From Eubacteriales bacterium (GTDB lineage: Bacteria > Bacillota > Clostridia > Oscillospirales > CAG-272): a stretch of DNA of 64,000 nucleotides. Positions 48,793-57,806 of the stretch are shown piece after piece. Numbering within the stretch: position 1 is the first letter of the stretch; the number at the start of each line of letters is the position of its first letter. Location: positions 3,585 to 67,584 of the forward strand of contig JAZULL010000059.1 in NCBI GenBank assembly GCA_045603085.1. The letters are read 5' to 3'. The position numbers were made by a program, and so were the translations under genes. The notes under the pieces are model-generated. The model did not search any database, was not told the origin of the DNA, and saw only the letters and a list, made by a program, of their open reading frames with translations.

Positions 48793-49233
48793 ATGAATAC
48801 CAAAAGATTTACCATGATTCTGGCGGCAGCTTTGATGCTGCTGGCTGTTGTGATGACCGCTGTTGCATGTGATAGCGGCAATCCCGAGACTCCTACCACC
48901 GAGCAGAGCACCGAGGCGCCCACCCAGGGCTCCGAAAAGCCTGCCGAGTCCGAGACTGTCGAGGAAACCACCGATGACGGCAAGGTAACCTACACCGTCA
49001 AGGTCGTGGATGCATCCGGCGCACCCGTTGAAGGCGTTGCCGTACAGTTCTGTGACGATAACGGCTGCCGTATGCCCGTGGCTACCAACGCCGAGGGCAT
49101 CGTGACCCTGACCGATGCAGAGAGCAACTTCCACGTCACTCTGGCGTCCGTGCCCGCCGGCTATGCCGCTGATACCACCGAGTATTATTTCGATGGCGAG
49201 GTTGAGATCACCATCACCCTTGCGGCTGAGTAA
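48793..49233 (+). CDS. Small lipoprotein with a transthyretin-like/carboxypeptidase-regulatory-like domain
   Basis: AAGGAG RBS; lipobox AVAC; YTVKVVDASGAPVEGVAVQFCDDNGC..TNAEG. Confidence 0.8.
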   Translation: MNTKRFTMILAAALMLLAVVMTAVACDSGNPETPTTEQSTEAPTQGSEKPAESETVEETTDDGKVTYTVKVVDASGAPVEGVAVQFCDDNGCRMPVATNAEGIVTLTDAESNFHVTLASVPAGYAADTTEYYFDGEVEITITLAAE

Positions 49234-49244
49234 AAGGGCGCAAC

Positions 49245-49291
49245 AAAAAGAGAGAACGTTTCGGCTATGAACCGATTCGTTCTCTCTTTTT
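49245..49291. terminator. Bidirectional terminator
   Basis: AAAAAGAGAGAACG...CGTTCTCTCTTTTT between convergent genes. Confidence 0.75.
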
Positions 49292-49301
49292 CTGTCTGAG
49301 A

Positions 49302-51404
49302 TTAGATCTTTTCCTTTTTGGTAACGATCACGGTCTGCAGGGGCTGCAGGGTGATGGTTGCTTGAAGCAGTTCCTTGCCGATCTCTGTAAAGGCTGCGGG
49401 CACGGTCTGCTCTGTCAGCGGATCGTAAGCCACGGGATCGGTCAGTCTGCTGTGAAGAGTAAGCGTGAGGGCCTGTTCCTCCTCGGTGGCGTTGACCAGC
49501 ATGTAATTTTCGCCGCGCTTAACCGTCGCTTTGCATACCACGCCGTGAGTGGGGGTGATTGCATGCACGGGCAGATGTGCCTTGTCAAGCAGATTGATCA
49601 CAGTGTCCGCGTCGGGTGCGGTTTTTGCGAAGGGGGCGGATGCGATGGCGGGGAAGAGATCGTGCGGCTGTGCAAGAATTGCAAGATCCTTATCGGCAAA
49701 GCTCTGCAGGATGGCGGTAAGGCGGGGCGTCAGCTCCATGGGTGGCAGGATCAGCGAGGAGTACACCTTTCCGACCGGTGTATACAGCTGACCGTCTGTG
49801 ACCGAGCAACGCTCCAGCAGATCGCAATCGGCAAAATCAAAGTCGATCTGGCGATCCATGAGCGCGTACATCAGGCCGCGCAGACCCTCTGCGCAGACGT
49901 TCTCTTGTGCGCAGAAGCTGCCGTAGGAGGCATCCGAGCCCTTGTGGTGCATCTGGAAGGTCTCAATGGGATAATACAGCATGACGTCGGCTCGGTGCCA
50001 GCCGCTCATCAGCGCGTCGGTGCGACCCAGCGCCTCGTTGATCTGTCTGTAGAGTGCGGGCTCTGCCTGCTGCTCGCTGTAGTAAGAGGTAAAGGTATCC
50101 ACGCCCAGCGCGTACTGCAGGCTCATAGAGGCGTACATTTGCATGGGAGTGACCTTGCCGCCCTGCGCATGCGCCGAAACCTCACTCATAACGTGCGGAC
50201 GGTTGTAGGCATGGGCAATCGAGGAAACCAGCTTGGGGGTAAAGGCGTCGTTATGCACCTTCGTGGGGATAGAATGCAGCATATCGATGCCGGGGACGTG
50301 CATGTGACGGAGCAGGGAGAAGAAATTGCCCTCGAACATGACGTGGAGACGGATGTCGTCTTCGAGCAGGATGTGACCCGAGAAGGGGAGTCCGTGCAGG
50401 GAGCACCAGTTGGAGAGCTGAGCGAAATAGCTCTGCTCGTAAAGGTCGGAGAGCAGGCGGTAATAATCGTATCTGACCTGCTTGGCTCTCTCGTCCTCGC
50501 CAAAGAACAGGTACACCAGGCTGTATTCAAGCGGATAGCCGTAGCGTGCGGCGAACTGATTTGCCACGTCGCGGCCAAAGTTGACTACGGGATAAAGCGG
50601 GATCTCGTCATCGTAGGCGTCGTGCACGCGCGGCGGGTACAGGCCGAGATTAATATAGCAGCCCATAAACGAGGGCTCGTCGGTGAACATGGCCTCGATC
50701 TTGCCGTCACCCTCTGCCAGATGGTGCTTGGTGTAGGTGTAGTAGGGCTCATAGGTGTTGCGGATGAATTCGCGGATGGCGTCGGGGTTGGTGACGTCCA
50801 CGTATCTGCGCGCCTCGCAAACGTTGTGCTGAGCGTGCGTGCCCTCGTACAGACGCTTCTTGACAAAGAAGCAGGCCAGAACGGGTGTGTCGAATTCGGG
50901 GTCGTTGTCTAAGGTTATGGGATCGGTCGTCCGGCCGATCTGCATGTGCAGGGGCGAAAAATCGGTGATCTTGCCGTCCCGGCAGGGGTAGGTCGCGGCG
51001 TGCAGGAAGCATTCGTGACCGCGGGGAAGCTCTTGGGTAAAGCTTTCGCCGGGGGCGAGCTCGTGCGTCACAAGGGCGATGCCGCGCGCCTCGTAGTCGG
51101 GATCGGCGTCTACGGTCAAGCCGCCCGCGCCGCCGCTGGGGTAGCCCTTTTCGTCATAGAGCCATACGCGCAGTCCCATCTCGCAGGCGACGTCGATGGT
51201 AATGGCCATTTTTCTCCATTCCTCGGGATCGGTGGCGTAATTTCTCTGGGAAACGTTGGTCACTACACCGCCAAAGCCCTTATCGGCAAGGCCCTGCAGA
51301 CGGGATCGGACGGCGGCGCGCAGGGCGTCGTCATCAAGAGTGGGATCGTTTACCAGCTCGTGCGTGATCTTGAGCGGCAGGTATTTGTTTTCAGGCGTCT
51401 TCAT
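49302..51404 (-). CDS. GH106-like (alpha-L-rhamnosidase-like) glycoside hydrolase, cytoplasmic
   Basis: WLYDEKGYPSGGAGG, MFTDEP, GHILLED, PGIDML, KLVSSIAH. Confidence 0.75.
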   Translation of the reverse strand: MKTPENKYLPLKITHELVNDPTLDDDALRAAVRSRLQGLADKGFGGVVTNVSQRNYATDPEEWRKMAITIDVACEMGLRVWLYDEKGYPSGGAGGLTVDADPDYEARGIALVTHELAPGESFTQELPRGHECFLHAATYPCRDGKITDFSPLHMQIGRTTDPITLDNDPEFDTPVLACFFVKKRLYEGTHAQHNVCEARRYVDVTNPDAIREFIRNTYEPYYTYTKHHLAEGDGKIEAMFTDEPSFMGCYINLGLYPPRVHDAYDDEIPLYPVVNFGRDVANQFAARYGYPLEYSLVYLFFGEDERAKQVRYDYYRLLSDLYEQSYFAQLSNWCSLHGLPFSGHILLEDDIRLHVMFEGNFFSLLRHMHVPGIDMLHSIPTKVHNDAFTPKLVSSIAHAYNRPHVMSEVSAHAQGGKVTPMQMYASMSLQYALGVDTFTSYYSEQQAEPALYRQINEALGRTDALMSGWHRADVMLYYPIETFQMHHKGSDASYGSFCAQENVCAEGLRGLMYALMDRQIDFDFADCDLLERCSVTDGQLYTPVGKVYSSLILPPMELTPRLTAILQSFADKDLAILAQPHDLFPAIASAPFAKTAPDADTVINLLDKAHLPVHAITPTHGVVCKATVKRGENYMLVNATEEEQALTLTLHSRLTDPVAYDPLTEQTVPAAFTEIGKELLQATITLQPLQTVIVTKKEKI

Positions 51405-51636
51405 CGGGATCTCCTTTCTCCTTGTCGGAATCGAGGTAAGGGGTCAGATCGACCTTCGCAAGCTCTGCGGGCGGGATCCTTCCCTTGGTTTTTTCATAAT
51501 AAGCCACGTTATTTCTGAGCATGAAGAGAAACTGATTGTTGGGGCTTCGTCCTTCCTTTTCGGAAATCAGGATGAACTTGCGCAGCATATCCTCGGACAT
51601 GTGCAGGGTGAATTCGTGTTGGTTTTTCTGTGCCAT
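51391..51636 (-). CDS. Small Arc/ribbon-helix-helix-like DNA-binding protein
   Basis: FTLHMSEDMLRKFILISEKEGRSPNNQF pattern. Confidence 0.65.
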   Translation of the reverse strand: MAQKNQHEFTLHMSEDMLRKFILISEKEGRSPNNQFLFMLRNNVAYYEKTKGRIPPAELAKVDLTPYLDSDKEKGDPDEDA

Positions 51637-51643
51637 GACAGCC

Positions 51644-52168
51644 TCACATTCTCGTCTCGGTCACGACCGTCAGACGGTTGTAGTATTTCAGAATTTTCAA
51701 AGCCTTTTCGGTAGCCTCGAAATAGACGACGCATTTCTCGTCTCCCAGCATGAAGATGCCGTAATAGAGATCGTCTGCATTGATGGACGACATGCAACGG
51801 AAGTCGCGGTTGCATTTCTGCGCGGTGACGTAAGCCTCGGCCTCGGCGTCATAGGGCGCGATGGCTAAAAAATCCTTGATGTTGGCACTAAAGAGCACCT
51901 TGCGGGATTTGCCGCCCCAGATGGTGGTAAAGGTGATCTCGCCAGAGAGCGTGGAGTATTCGTATTCGGGGCTGACGTATCTCCAGGTAAAGAAGATCAG
52001 AACCCAGACAAGCAGGGGCAAAAAGGTGATGGCCCAAGGAAAATTGAGTGCTAAAAACGTGCCTAAAAATGCCAGGGTCAGCACGGTGTAGAGCGTGATC
52101 ATGCCAAAGCGGCGCCAACGCCAGACTCCCTCGCTTTTTTGCTTGACGATATATTCGTAGCTGTTCAT
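51644..52168 (-). CDS. Membrane protein (DUF6106-like)
   Basis: Two N-terminal TMs; EYEYS, IAPY, YFE motifs; GGAGG RBS. Confidence 0.7.
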   Translation of the reverse strand: MNSYEYIVKQKSEGVWRWRRFGMITLYTVLTLAFLGTFLALNFPWAITFLPLLVWVLIFFTWRYVSPEYEYSTLSGEITFTTIWGGKSRKVLFSANIKDFLAIAPYDAEAEAYVTAQKCNRDFRCMSSINADDLYYGIFMLGDEKCVVYFEATEKALKILKYYNRLTVVTETRM

Positions 52169-52266
52169 AAAGACCTCCGAGAGTGATTCTGTCTAAATTA
52201 TACCATACCCGCCCCGTGATTTCAACCGATTTGTGCGATTTTTTGCGCGAATTCTCGCTCTCCCTC

Positions 52267-52295
52267 TTGCAACGCGCGCGGATATATAGTATAAT
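52267..52295 (+). promoter_or_regulatory. Sigma-A promoter
   Basis: TTGCAA-N17-TATAAT. Confidence 0.65.
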
Positions 52296-52329
52296 AAATA
52301 TTAATAAAGTAAAGTATGGAGGTGTGACT

Positions 52330-52599
52330 ATGAAGGCAGTCATCACTGTAACGGGTAAGGATAGCAAGGGCATCATCGCCGGCGTGGCAGGCGTGTGCGC
52401 CGAGCTGGGGGCGAATATTGTGGATATTTCGCAGAGCGTTCTGCAGGAGTATTTTGCCATGATCATGCTGGCGGATATTGACGAGCTGCAGGTGGAATTC
52501 TCTGCTTTTGTTGATGCGCTGGCGGCGTACGGAGAGGAGAAGGGTCTTACCGTGCAGGCCATGCACGAGGATATCTTCAACACCATGCACCATATTTGA
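52330..52599 (+). CDS. ACT domain protein (UPF0237)
   Basis: MKAVITVTGKD..GIIA...NIVDISQ...HEDIFNTMHHI; GGAGGTG RBS. Confidence 0.9.
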   Translation: MKAVITVTGKDSKGIIAGVAGVCAELGANIVDISQSVLQEYFAMIMLADIDELQVEFSAFVDALAAYGEEKGLTVQAMHEDIFNTMHHI

Positions 52600-52611
52600 G
52601 GACACCGAGCT

Positions 52612-53970
52612 ATGATCGAAACCAGAGATATTTTAGAAACCATCAATATGATACGCCAGGAGAACCTGGATATCAGAACTGTCACCATGGGCATTTCGCT
52701 GTTTGATTGCGTCAGCGACGACGTGAACGTGCTGTGTGACCGCATTTACGATAAAATCACCACCCGCGCCGAGCATCTGGTTGACACGGGTGAGAGGATC
52801 GAGAAAAAATACGGCATTCCGATCGTCAATAAGCGCGTGTCGGTCACGCCGGTGTCGCTGATCGGCGGCAGAGCCGACAGAGAGGGCTACCTTAAGATCG
52901 CGCACACCCTGCAAAGAGCGGCCGAGCAGACCGGTATCAACTTTATCGGCGGCTTTTCCGCGCTGGTGCATAAGGGTATGACGGCGGGAGATCGCGAAAT
53001 GATCGCGGCCATTCCCGAAGCACTGGCACAGACGCAGATGGTGTGCTCCTCGGTCAACGTGGCCACCACCAAGTCGGGCATCAACATGGATGCCATCCGT
53101 CTGATGGGCTCGACCATCAAGCAGGCGGCGTATCTGACAAAGGATAATCAGTCGATCGGCTGTGCAAAGCTGGTCGTGTTTGCAAACGTTCCCGAGGATA
53201 ACCCCTTCATGGCGGGCGCATTTCACGGTGTGGGCGAGCCGGATGCCGTCATCAACGTGGGTGTTTCGGGCCCCGGAGTGGTGTCCAGCGCAATTGCCAG
53301 AGCAGGGGATTGCGATCTGTCCGCGCTGGCCGATATCATCAAAAAGACAGCGTTCAAGATCACGCGCGTGGGTCAGCTGGTAGCCAGCGAGGCCTCTGCG
53401 GCGTTGAACGTGCCGTTTGGCATTGTCGACCTTTCCCTGGCACCTACGCCTGCCGTGGGTGACTCGGTGGCGCATATCCTTGAGGAGATGGGTCTTGAGA
53501 GCACCGGCGCACACGGCACAACGGCTTGCCTTGCCATGCTCAACGATGCGGTCAAGAAGGGCGGCGTTATGGCCTCCTCGCACGTGGGCGGCCTTTCGGG
53601 CGCGTTCATTCCCGTATCCGAGGACGCGGGCATGATCGCAGCGGTCGAGCGCGGCGCGCTGTCTATTGAGAAGCTGGAGGCTATGACGGCGGTTTGCTCG
53701 GTCGGACTTGACATGATCGCCGTACCCGGCGATACCGACGAGGCGGTGATCTGCGGTGTGATCGCGGATGAAATTTCCATCGGAGTGGTGAATAACAAGA
53801 CCACGGCGGTGAGAATTATCCCTGCTTATGGTAAGCAGGTGGGGGATAGCGTTGATTTTGGCGGACTTTTGGGCACGGCGCCCATCATGCCCCTGCGTGA
53901 ATATTCGCCTGCCAAGTTTATCGGTCGCGGCGGCAGAATCCCCGCGCCGATCCATAGCTTGAGAAACTAA
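52612..53970 (+). CDS. PFL-like UPF0210/DUF711 protein
   Basis: [43 protein letters not shown]. Confidence 0.92.
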   Translation: MIETRDILETINMIRQENLDIRTVTMGISLFDCVSDDVNVLCDRIYDKITTRAEHLVDTGERIEKKYGIPIVNKRVSVTPVSLIGGRADREGYLKIAHTLQRAAEQTGINFIGGFSALVHKGMTAGDREMIAAIPEALAQTQMVCSSVNVATTKSGINMDAIRLMGSTIKQAAYLTKDNQSIGCAKLVVFANVPEDNPFMAGAFHGVGEPDAVINVGVSGPGVVSSAIARAGDCDLSALADIIKKTAFKITRVGQLVASEASAALNVPFGIVDLSLAPTPAVGDSVAHILEEMGLESTGAHGTTACLAMLNDAVKKGGVMASSHVGGLSGAFIPVSEDAGMIAAVERGALSIEKLEAMTAVCSVGLDMIAVPGDTDEAVICGVIADEISIGVVNNKTTAVRIIPAYGKQVGDSVDFGGLLGTAPIMPLREYSPAKFIGRGGRIPAPIHSLRN

Positions 53971-53993
53971 AATTTTTCTATAAGGAGTGCTTC

Positions 53994-54470
53994 ATGAAAA
54001 TCGATCATGATGCCGGCGGAATTGAAAAAGTGGTGGATGCCGCCACAAAATGCGTCGACGCAACGGACAAAGTGGTGACACTCGTTCAAAAAACAGATAA
54101 TTTGGGCAAAAAAGTGGGGCTAAAACGGTCTGCGATGATCGGGATCGCCGCTTGCGGCGCGCTTGCGCTCGCATTTTTCCCGCTCAGACTCAAATATGAC
54201 AGCCAAACGGGCGAGGGTGAGTATAAATCCTTGGTCGTGGGCGTCAAGCGCACACAGCGCCCCACGCGACCGGCGGCGCAGGATAAATCGCACAGCCTTT
54301 CGTGGGAGATCTTCCCCACCGTGCGTCCTCGCCCCGAAAATATTGACCTGCGGGATCTGCCGCCCGCCAAGAGGCGCGAGCCCGTCAAGGCTGTGCCCAT
54401 GACAGCCGCCAAGGTGCAAAAGGCGCAGGTGCAGGTACCGGTCAAGCTGTCTGCGCAGGAGAATGAGTGA
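53994..54470 (+). CDS. Hypothetical protein with one TM
   Basis: AAGGAG RBS; central hydrophobic segment. Confidence 0.6.
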   Translation: MKIDHDAGGIEKVVDAATKCVDATDKVVTLVQKTDNLGKKVGLKRSAMIGIAACGALALAFFPLRLKYDSQTGEGEYKSLVVGVKRTQRPTRPAAQDKSHSLSWEIFPTVRPRPENIDLRDLPPAKRREPVKAVPMTAAKVQKAQVQVPVKLSAQENE

Positions 54471-55042
54471 TGCCCGGAGGAATAGAATTTGCAGGGCAGG
54501 TGATCGGCGTCATGGCCATGGCGCTGATCGTCCTGTCCTTTCAATGTAAAAATCGCGTTGGCTTTTACGTCATGCAAATGAGCGGCAACGTACTGTTTGC
54601 CGTCAGCTTTGTGATGCTTGGTAACGTGGGAGCAAGCCTGATGAATCTGATGGGTGTGTTCCGCGCCATCATTTTGCTGCTGCCCGAGCGCCGCAGAAGG
54701 ATTTGGCATCTGGTGCTGATCAATCTGCTGTTTGTGGGCGGTGCTGTGTTTGCGGGCACGGTTGGCGGCGACGGCTGGAGCTGTCTTGTGTCCTTTGCCG
54801 CGCAAACCATCGGTACGTTCAGCTTGTGGTACGGTAGCGACCGCGCGGTGCGCTGGGTGCAGCTGTGTGCCATCTCTCCCTTGTGGATCGTCAACAACAC
54901 GGTGTTTACCGCGCCGCCCGCCGTTGGTGGTATCATCTGCGAGACGTTTTGCATGATTTCCACCGTCATTTACCTTGTGCGCATGAAAGTTGCCGAGAAA
55001 AAATCGCAAGGGGCTTGCAAAACGCAGGAAAACGATGTATAA
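54467..55042 (+). CDS. YgjV family inner membrane protein
   Basis: QVIG...LSFQCK.R...multi-TM...ISPLWIVNN. Confidence 0.75.
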   Translation: MMPGGIEFAGQVIGVMAMALIVLSFQCKNRVGFYVMQMSGNVLFAVSFVMLGNVGASLMNLMGVFRAIILLLPERRRRIWHLVLINLLFVGGAVFAGTVGGDGWSCLVSFAAQTIGTFSLWYGSDRAVRWVQLCAISPLWIVNNTVFTAPPAVGGIICETFCMISTVIYLVRMKVAEKKSQGACKTQENDV

Positions 55043-55043
55043 T
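55015..55043 (+). promoter_or_regulatory. Internal sigma-A promoter
   Basis: TTGCAA-N17-TATAAT upstream of the DUF1836 gene. Confidence 0.55.
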
Positions 55044-55081
55044 GGTATTCGATACCACGAAAAATCGTAAGGAGAACGGAT

Positions 55082-55750
55082 ATGGAAGCAAAAAAGTTTC
55101 ATGAAATGATCGCGGCGTCGGTGGACGATGCCGATCTGGTCAGCGCAGAGATCCCTTCCATTGATCTGTATCTTGAGCAGATCCTGTCGCTTGTCGCGGA
55201 CAAAAACAAAGAGGGAAGTGCTGTGGCGGACCGCACGCTGACAAAAAATATGATCAATAACTATTCCAAGGACGGGCTGATCACGCCGGTCAAGGGAAAG
55301 AAGTATACCAAGGAGCAGATCGTGCAGATGCTGGTGGTGTATTCGCTCAAGAATACGCTGTCCATCGAGGAGATCGGGCGCGCCATGGATGCAATCTATG
55401 CAAAGGAGGATTACACCGGCGCAAAGCTGATCAGCGCGTACGATAAGGCCATTGCCATCAAGCAATCGCAAAAGAGCCGCTGTCCCGAGATCGTGGAAGA
55501 AATTCTTGCCGCCGAGGGGTTGAATACCGAGGACGGAGAGGATTACTTTGTAGCTCTTCTGGCTGTTGCTTCGCTGTCTGTCTATTTCCGGAATATCGCC
55601 AAGGCCATGCTGGAGGAATATCCCCTGCCCGAGAGCGATGAGGAGAAAAAGGCCAGAGAGAAGGAAGAGAAAAAGGAACGTAAGGCCAAGAAAAAGGCTG
55701 AGCAGGCTGCCGCCAAGGCCGAGGAGGATTCCTCCAAGGAGGGCGCATGA
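55082..55750 (+). CDS. DUF1836 domain protein
   Basis: IPSIDLYLEQI, LTKNMINNYSK, KKYTKEQI. Confidence 0.88.
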   Translation: MEAKKFHEMIAASVDDADLVSAEIPSIDLYLEQILSLVADKNKEGSAVADRTLTKNMINNYSKDGLITPVKGKKYTKEQIVQMLVVYSLKNTLSIEEIGRAMDAIYAKEDYTGAKLISAYDKAIAIKQSQKSRCPEIVEEILAAEGLNTEDGEDYFVALLAVASLSVYFRNIAKAMLEEYPLPESDEEKKAREKEEKKERKAKKKAEQAAAKAEEDSSKEGA

Positions 55751-56133
55751 GACCGATCAACGAGCTGACCACGCCCGCACTTGCCTATTTGGGGGACGCG
55801 GTCATTGAGCTGTACGTGCGCGAGCGTCTGGTGGCGGCGGGGTATTCCACCTCGGGCGCGCTCAACCAAAAGGCGCTGGACTACGTGCGCGCGGGTGCAC
55901 AGGCCGAGGCGATGCAAAAAATCCTTCCTTTATTGAATGAGGAGGAGATGGCGGCGTTCCGTCGCGGCAGAAACACGGGACACGGCAACGTTCCCAAGGG
56001 TGCGACCGTGGCGCAGTACCGTGCCGCAACCGGCATGGAGGTGCTGGCGGGATACCTACACGTGCTTGGGCAAAAGGAGCGTCTTTGTGAGCTGCTGGAC
56101 GCAGCATACGAAATTCAAAACACCGATATATAA
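55747..56133 (+). CDS. mrnC: Mini-ribonuclease III
   Basis: LAYLGDAVIELYVR, AQA, RRGRN, YRAATGME. Confidence 0.9.
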   Translation: MRPINELTTPALAYLGDAVIELYVRERLVAAGYSTSGALNQKALDYVRAGAQAEAMQKILPLLNEEEMAAFRRGRNTGHGNVPKGATVAQYRAATGMEVLAGYLHVLGQKERLCELLDAAYEIQNTDI

Positions 56134-56154
56134 ATAGGAAAGGAAATCTTCATT

Positions 56155-56655
56155 ATGAGCAATCCCAACGTTATTTTGCATATTAAGGACTATGGCGACA
56201 TCAAGCTGGAGCTGTATCCCGATAAGGCCCCCGAAACGGTTGCCAATTTCGTCAAGCTTGTCAGCGAGGGATTTTATTCCGGTCTGATCTTCCACCGCGT
56301 CATCCGCGGCTTTATGATCCAGGGCGGCGGTATGGACGACGGCTTTAACCAGAAGCCCGCCAAGTCGATCAAGGGCGAGTTCCGCTCCAACGGCTTTGCG
56401 CAGAACGATCTGCACCATGCCAAGGGCGTGATCTCTATGGCAAGAACCCAGGTCAAGAACTCCGCTTCCTCGCAGTTCTTTATCATGCATGCGGATGCAG
56501 CGTATCTGGACGGTGAGTATGCCGCATTCGGTGCCGTTACCGAGGGCATTGAGGTGGTGGATGCCATTGCCGCAACCAAGACCCGCAGCGTGGGCTGGTA
56601 TGACGACGTGCCGGTCTCTCCCATCGTCATTGAGAGCGCGGAAGTAATTGCTTGA
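56155..56655 (+). CDS. ppiB: Cyclophilin-type peptidyl-prolyl isomerase
   Basis: APETVANF, FHRVIRGFMIQGG, ISMART, SQFFI, YAAFG. Confidence 0.93.
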   Translation: MSNPNVILHIKDYGDIKLELYPDKAPETVANFVKLVSEGFYSGLIFHRVIRGFMIQGGGMDDGFNQKPAKSIKGEFRSNGFAQNDLHHAKGVISMARTQVKNSASSQFFIMHADAAYLDGEYAAFGAVTEGIEVVDAIAATKTRSVGWYDDVPVSPIVIESAEVIA

Positions 56656-56660
56656 CGCAA

Positions 56661-56774
56661 TGTCGGCTAACGTCGACAGTGATATTTTGGCTTTGCCAAG
56701 GTGATATTCCGACTGCGTCGGAGTGATATTTGTGCTCCGCACAAGTGATATTCCCCGCACCGATGGTGCGGGGA
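56661..56774. repeat. 22-nt periodic array: GTGATAT linker plus variable hairpin
   Basis: GTGATATT at 56679, 56701, 56723 and 56745, each followed by a different palindrome with a 3-nt loop. Confidence 0.85.
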
Positions 56775-56830
56775 GTTGTCATTTTTGATAAAAATTATGC
56801 AAAATATTTGTAGAAAATTTCAAAAACCTA

Positions 56831-56860
56831 TTGACAAGCCCTTGCATTTGGTGGTATAAT
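56831..56860 (+). promoter_or_regulatory. Sigma-A promoter of rpmG-secE-nusG
   Basis: TTGACA-N18-TATAAT with extended TG. Confidence 0.75.
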
Positions 56861-57011
56861 AGCCGTACCTCTGCAAAAGGGCTTTTTTATTGCGCCCATT
56901 TTGCGCCGCCCGAAAGGGCAATGGACGCATCCGTTTTCAGAGGGAGGTACACGGGTTTTTTCGTTCAAAACGGAAAAAACCAAATAAATTTTAATGGGAG
57001 GTGCCGAACAA

Positions 57012-57173
57012 ATGGCTAATGACGTAAGAGTCAAGGTAACTCTGGCATGCACCGAGTGCAAGCAGAGAAACTACAACACCAAGAAGAACAAGAAGAACGA
57101 CCCTGACAGACTCGAGCTCAAGAAGTACTGCAAATTCTGCCGCAAGCACACTCTTCACAGAGAAACGAAGTAA
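57012..57173 (+). CDS. rpmG: 50S ribosomal protein L33 (zinc-binding type)
   Basis: [53 protein letters not shown]; GGGAGG RBS; below the ORF-track cutoff. Confidence 0.95.
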   Translation: MANDVRVKVTLACTECKQRNYNTKKNKKNDPDRLELKKYCKFCRKHTLHRETK

Positions 57174-57189
57174 TCTGGGGGGAAGAGAA

Positions 57190-57804
57190 ATGACTGCTGT
57201 AAAGACAACAAGAACTCTCCTTGCACTCCTGATTGCAGCTGTTCTTGCGTGCTCTCTGTTCACCGTTGGCGTGTTCGCTGCTGAGGAAAACACCACCGTC
57301 GAAGAGACGACCGTGGAGGAGACCACTGCAGAGGAGACCTCGGGCGAAGAGACCACCGCTGAAGAGTCCACCACCGCAGGCAAAGAGGAAACCACGACCA
57401 AGAAGGAAGAGGAAACCACTACTGCAGGTGAGAAGAACTTCTGGGAGAAGAACTTCATGCTCAAGGATAAGCCCTACTGGCTCAAGATCGCTACTTGGGC
57501 ACTGGTACTGCTGGGCCTTATCGCAGGCGTTGTGTTCTGTGTGATCAAGAGAGAAAAGGTAGGAGAATTCCTGCGCGCTCTGAAGAGCGAGTTGAAGAGA
57601 ATCGTTTGGAGCTCTTGGAAGGATACCCGCAAGAATACCTTCGTGGTACTTGTTGTGGTAATTGCGATCACCCTGGTGATCTACCTGTTCAACATGGTGC
57701 TGGAAATGATTTTCGGTAGCGGAACAAGTTCCGGTAGCGGAATGTGGTTCAACATGAACCTGATCTCGCTGATCAAGAAGTGGATCACGAGCATTGGTAG
57801 CTGA
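57190..57804 (+). CDS. secE: Preprotein translocase SecE with long N-terminal extension
   Basis: Lies between rpmG and nusG; FLRALKSELKRIVWSSWKDTRKNTFVVLVVV SecE core. Confidence 0.88.
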   Translation: MTAVKTTRTLLALLIAAVLACSLFTVGVFAAEENTTVEETTVEETTAEETSGEETTAEESTTAGKEETTTKKEEETTTAGEKNFWEKNFMLKDKPYWLKIATWALVLLGLIAGVVFCVIKREKVGEFLRALKSELKRIVWSSWKDTRKNTFVVLVVVIAITLVIYLFNMVLEMIFGSGTSSGSGMWFNMNLISLIKKWITSIGS

Positions 57805-57806
57805 AA

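Noticed and set aside
56661-56774. CRISPR array
   Set aside because: The constant part is only 7-8 nt, the variable parts are ~14-nt palindromes, and there are no cas genes. Reported as a different repeat type.
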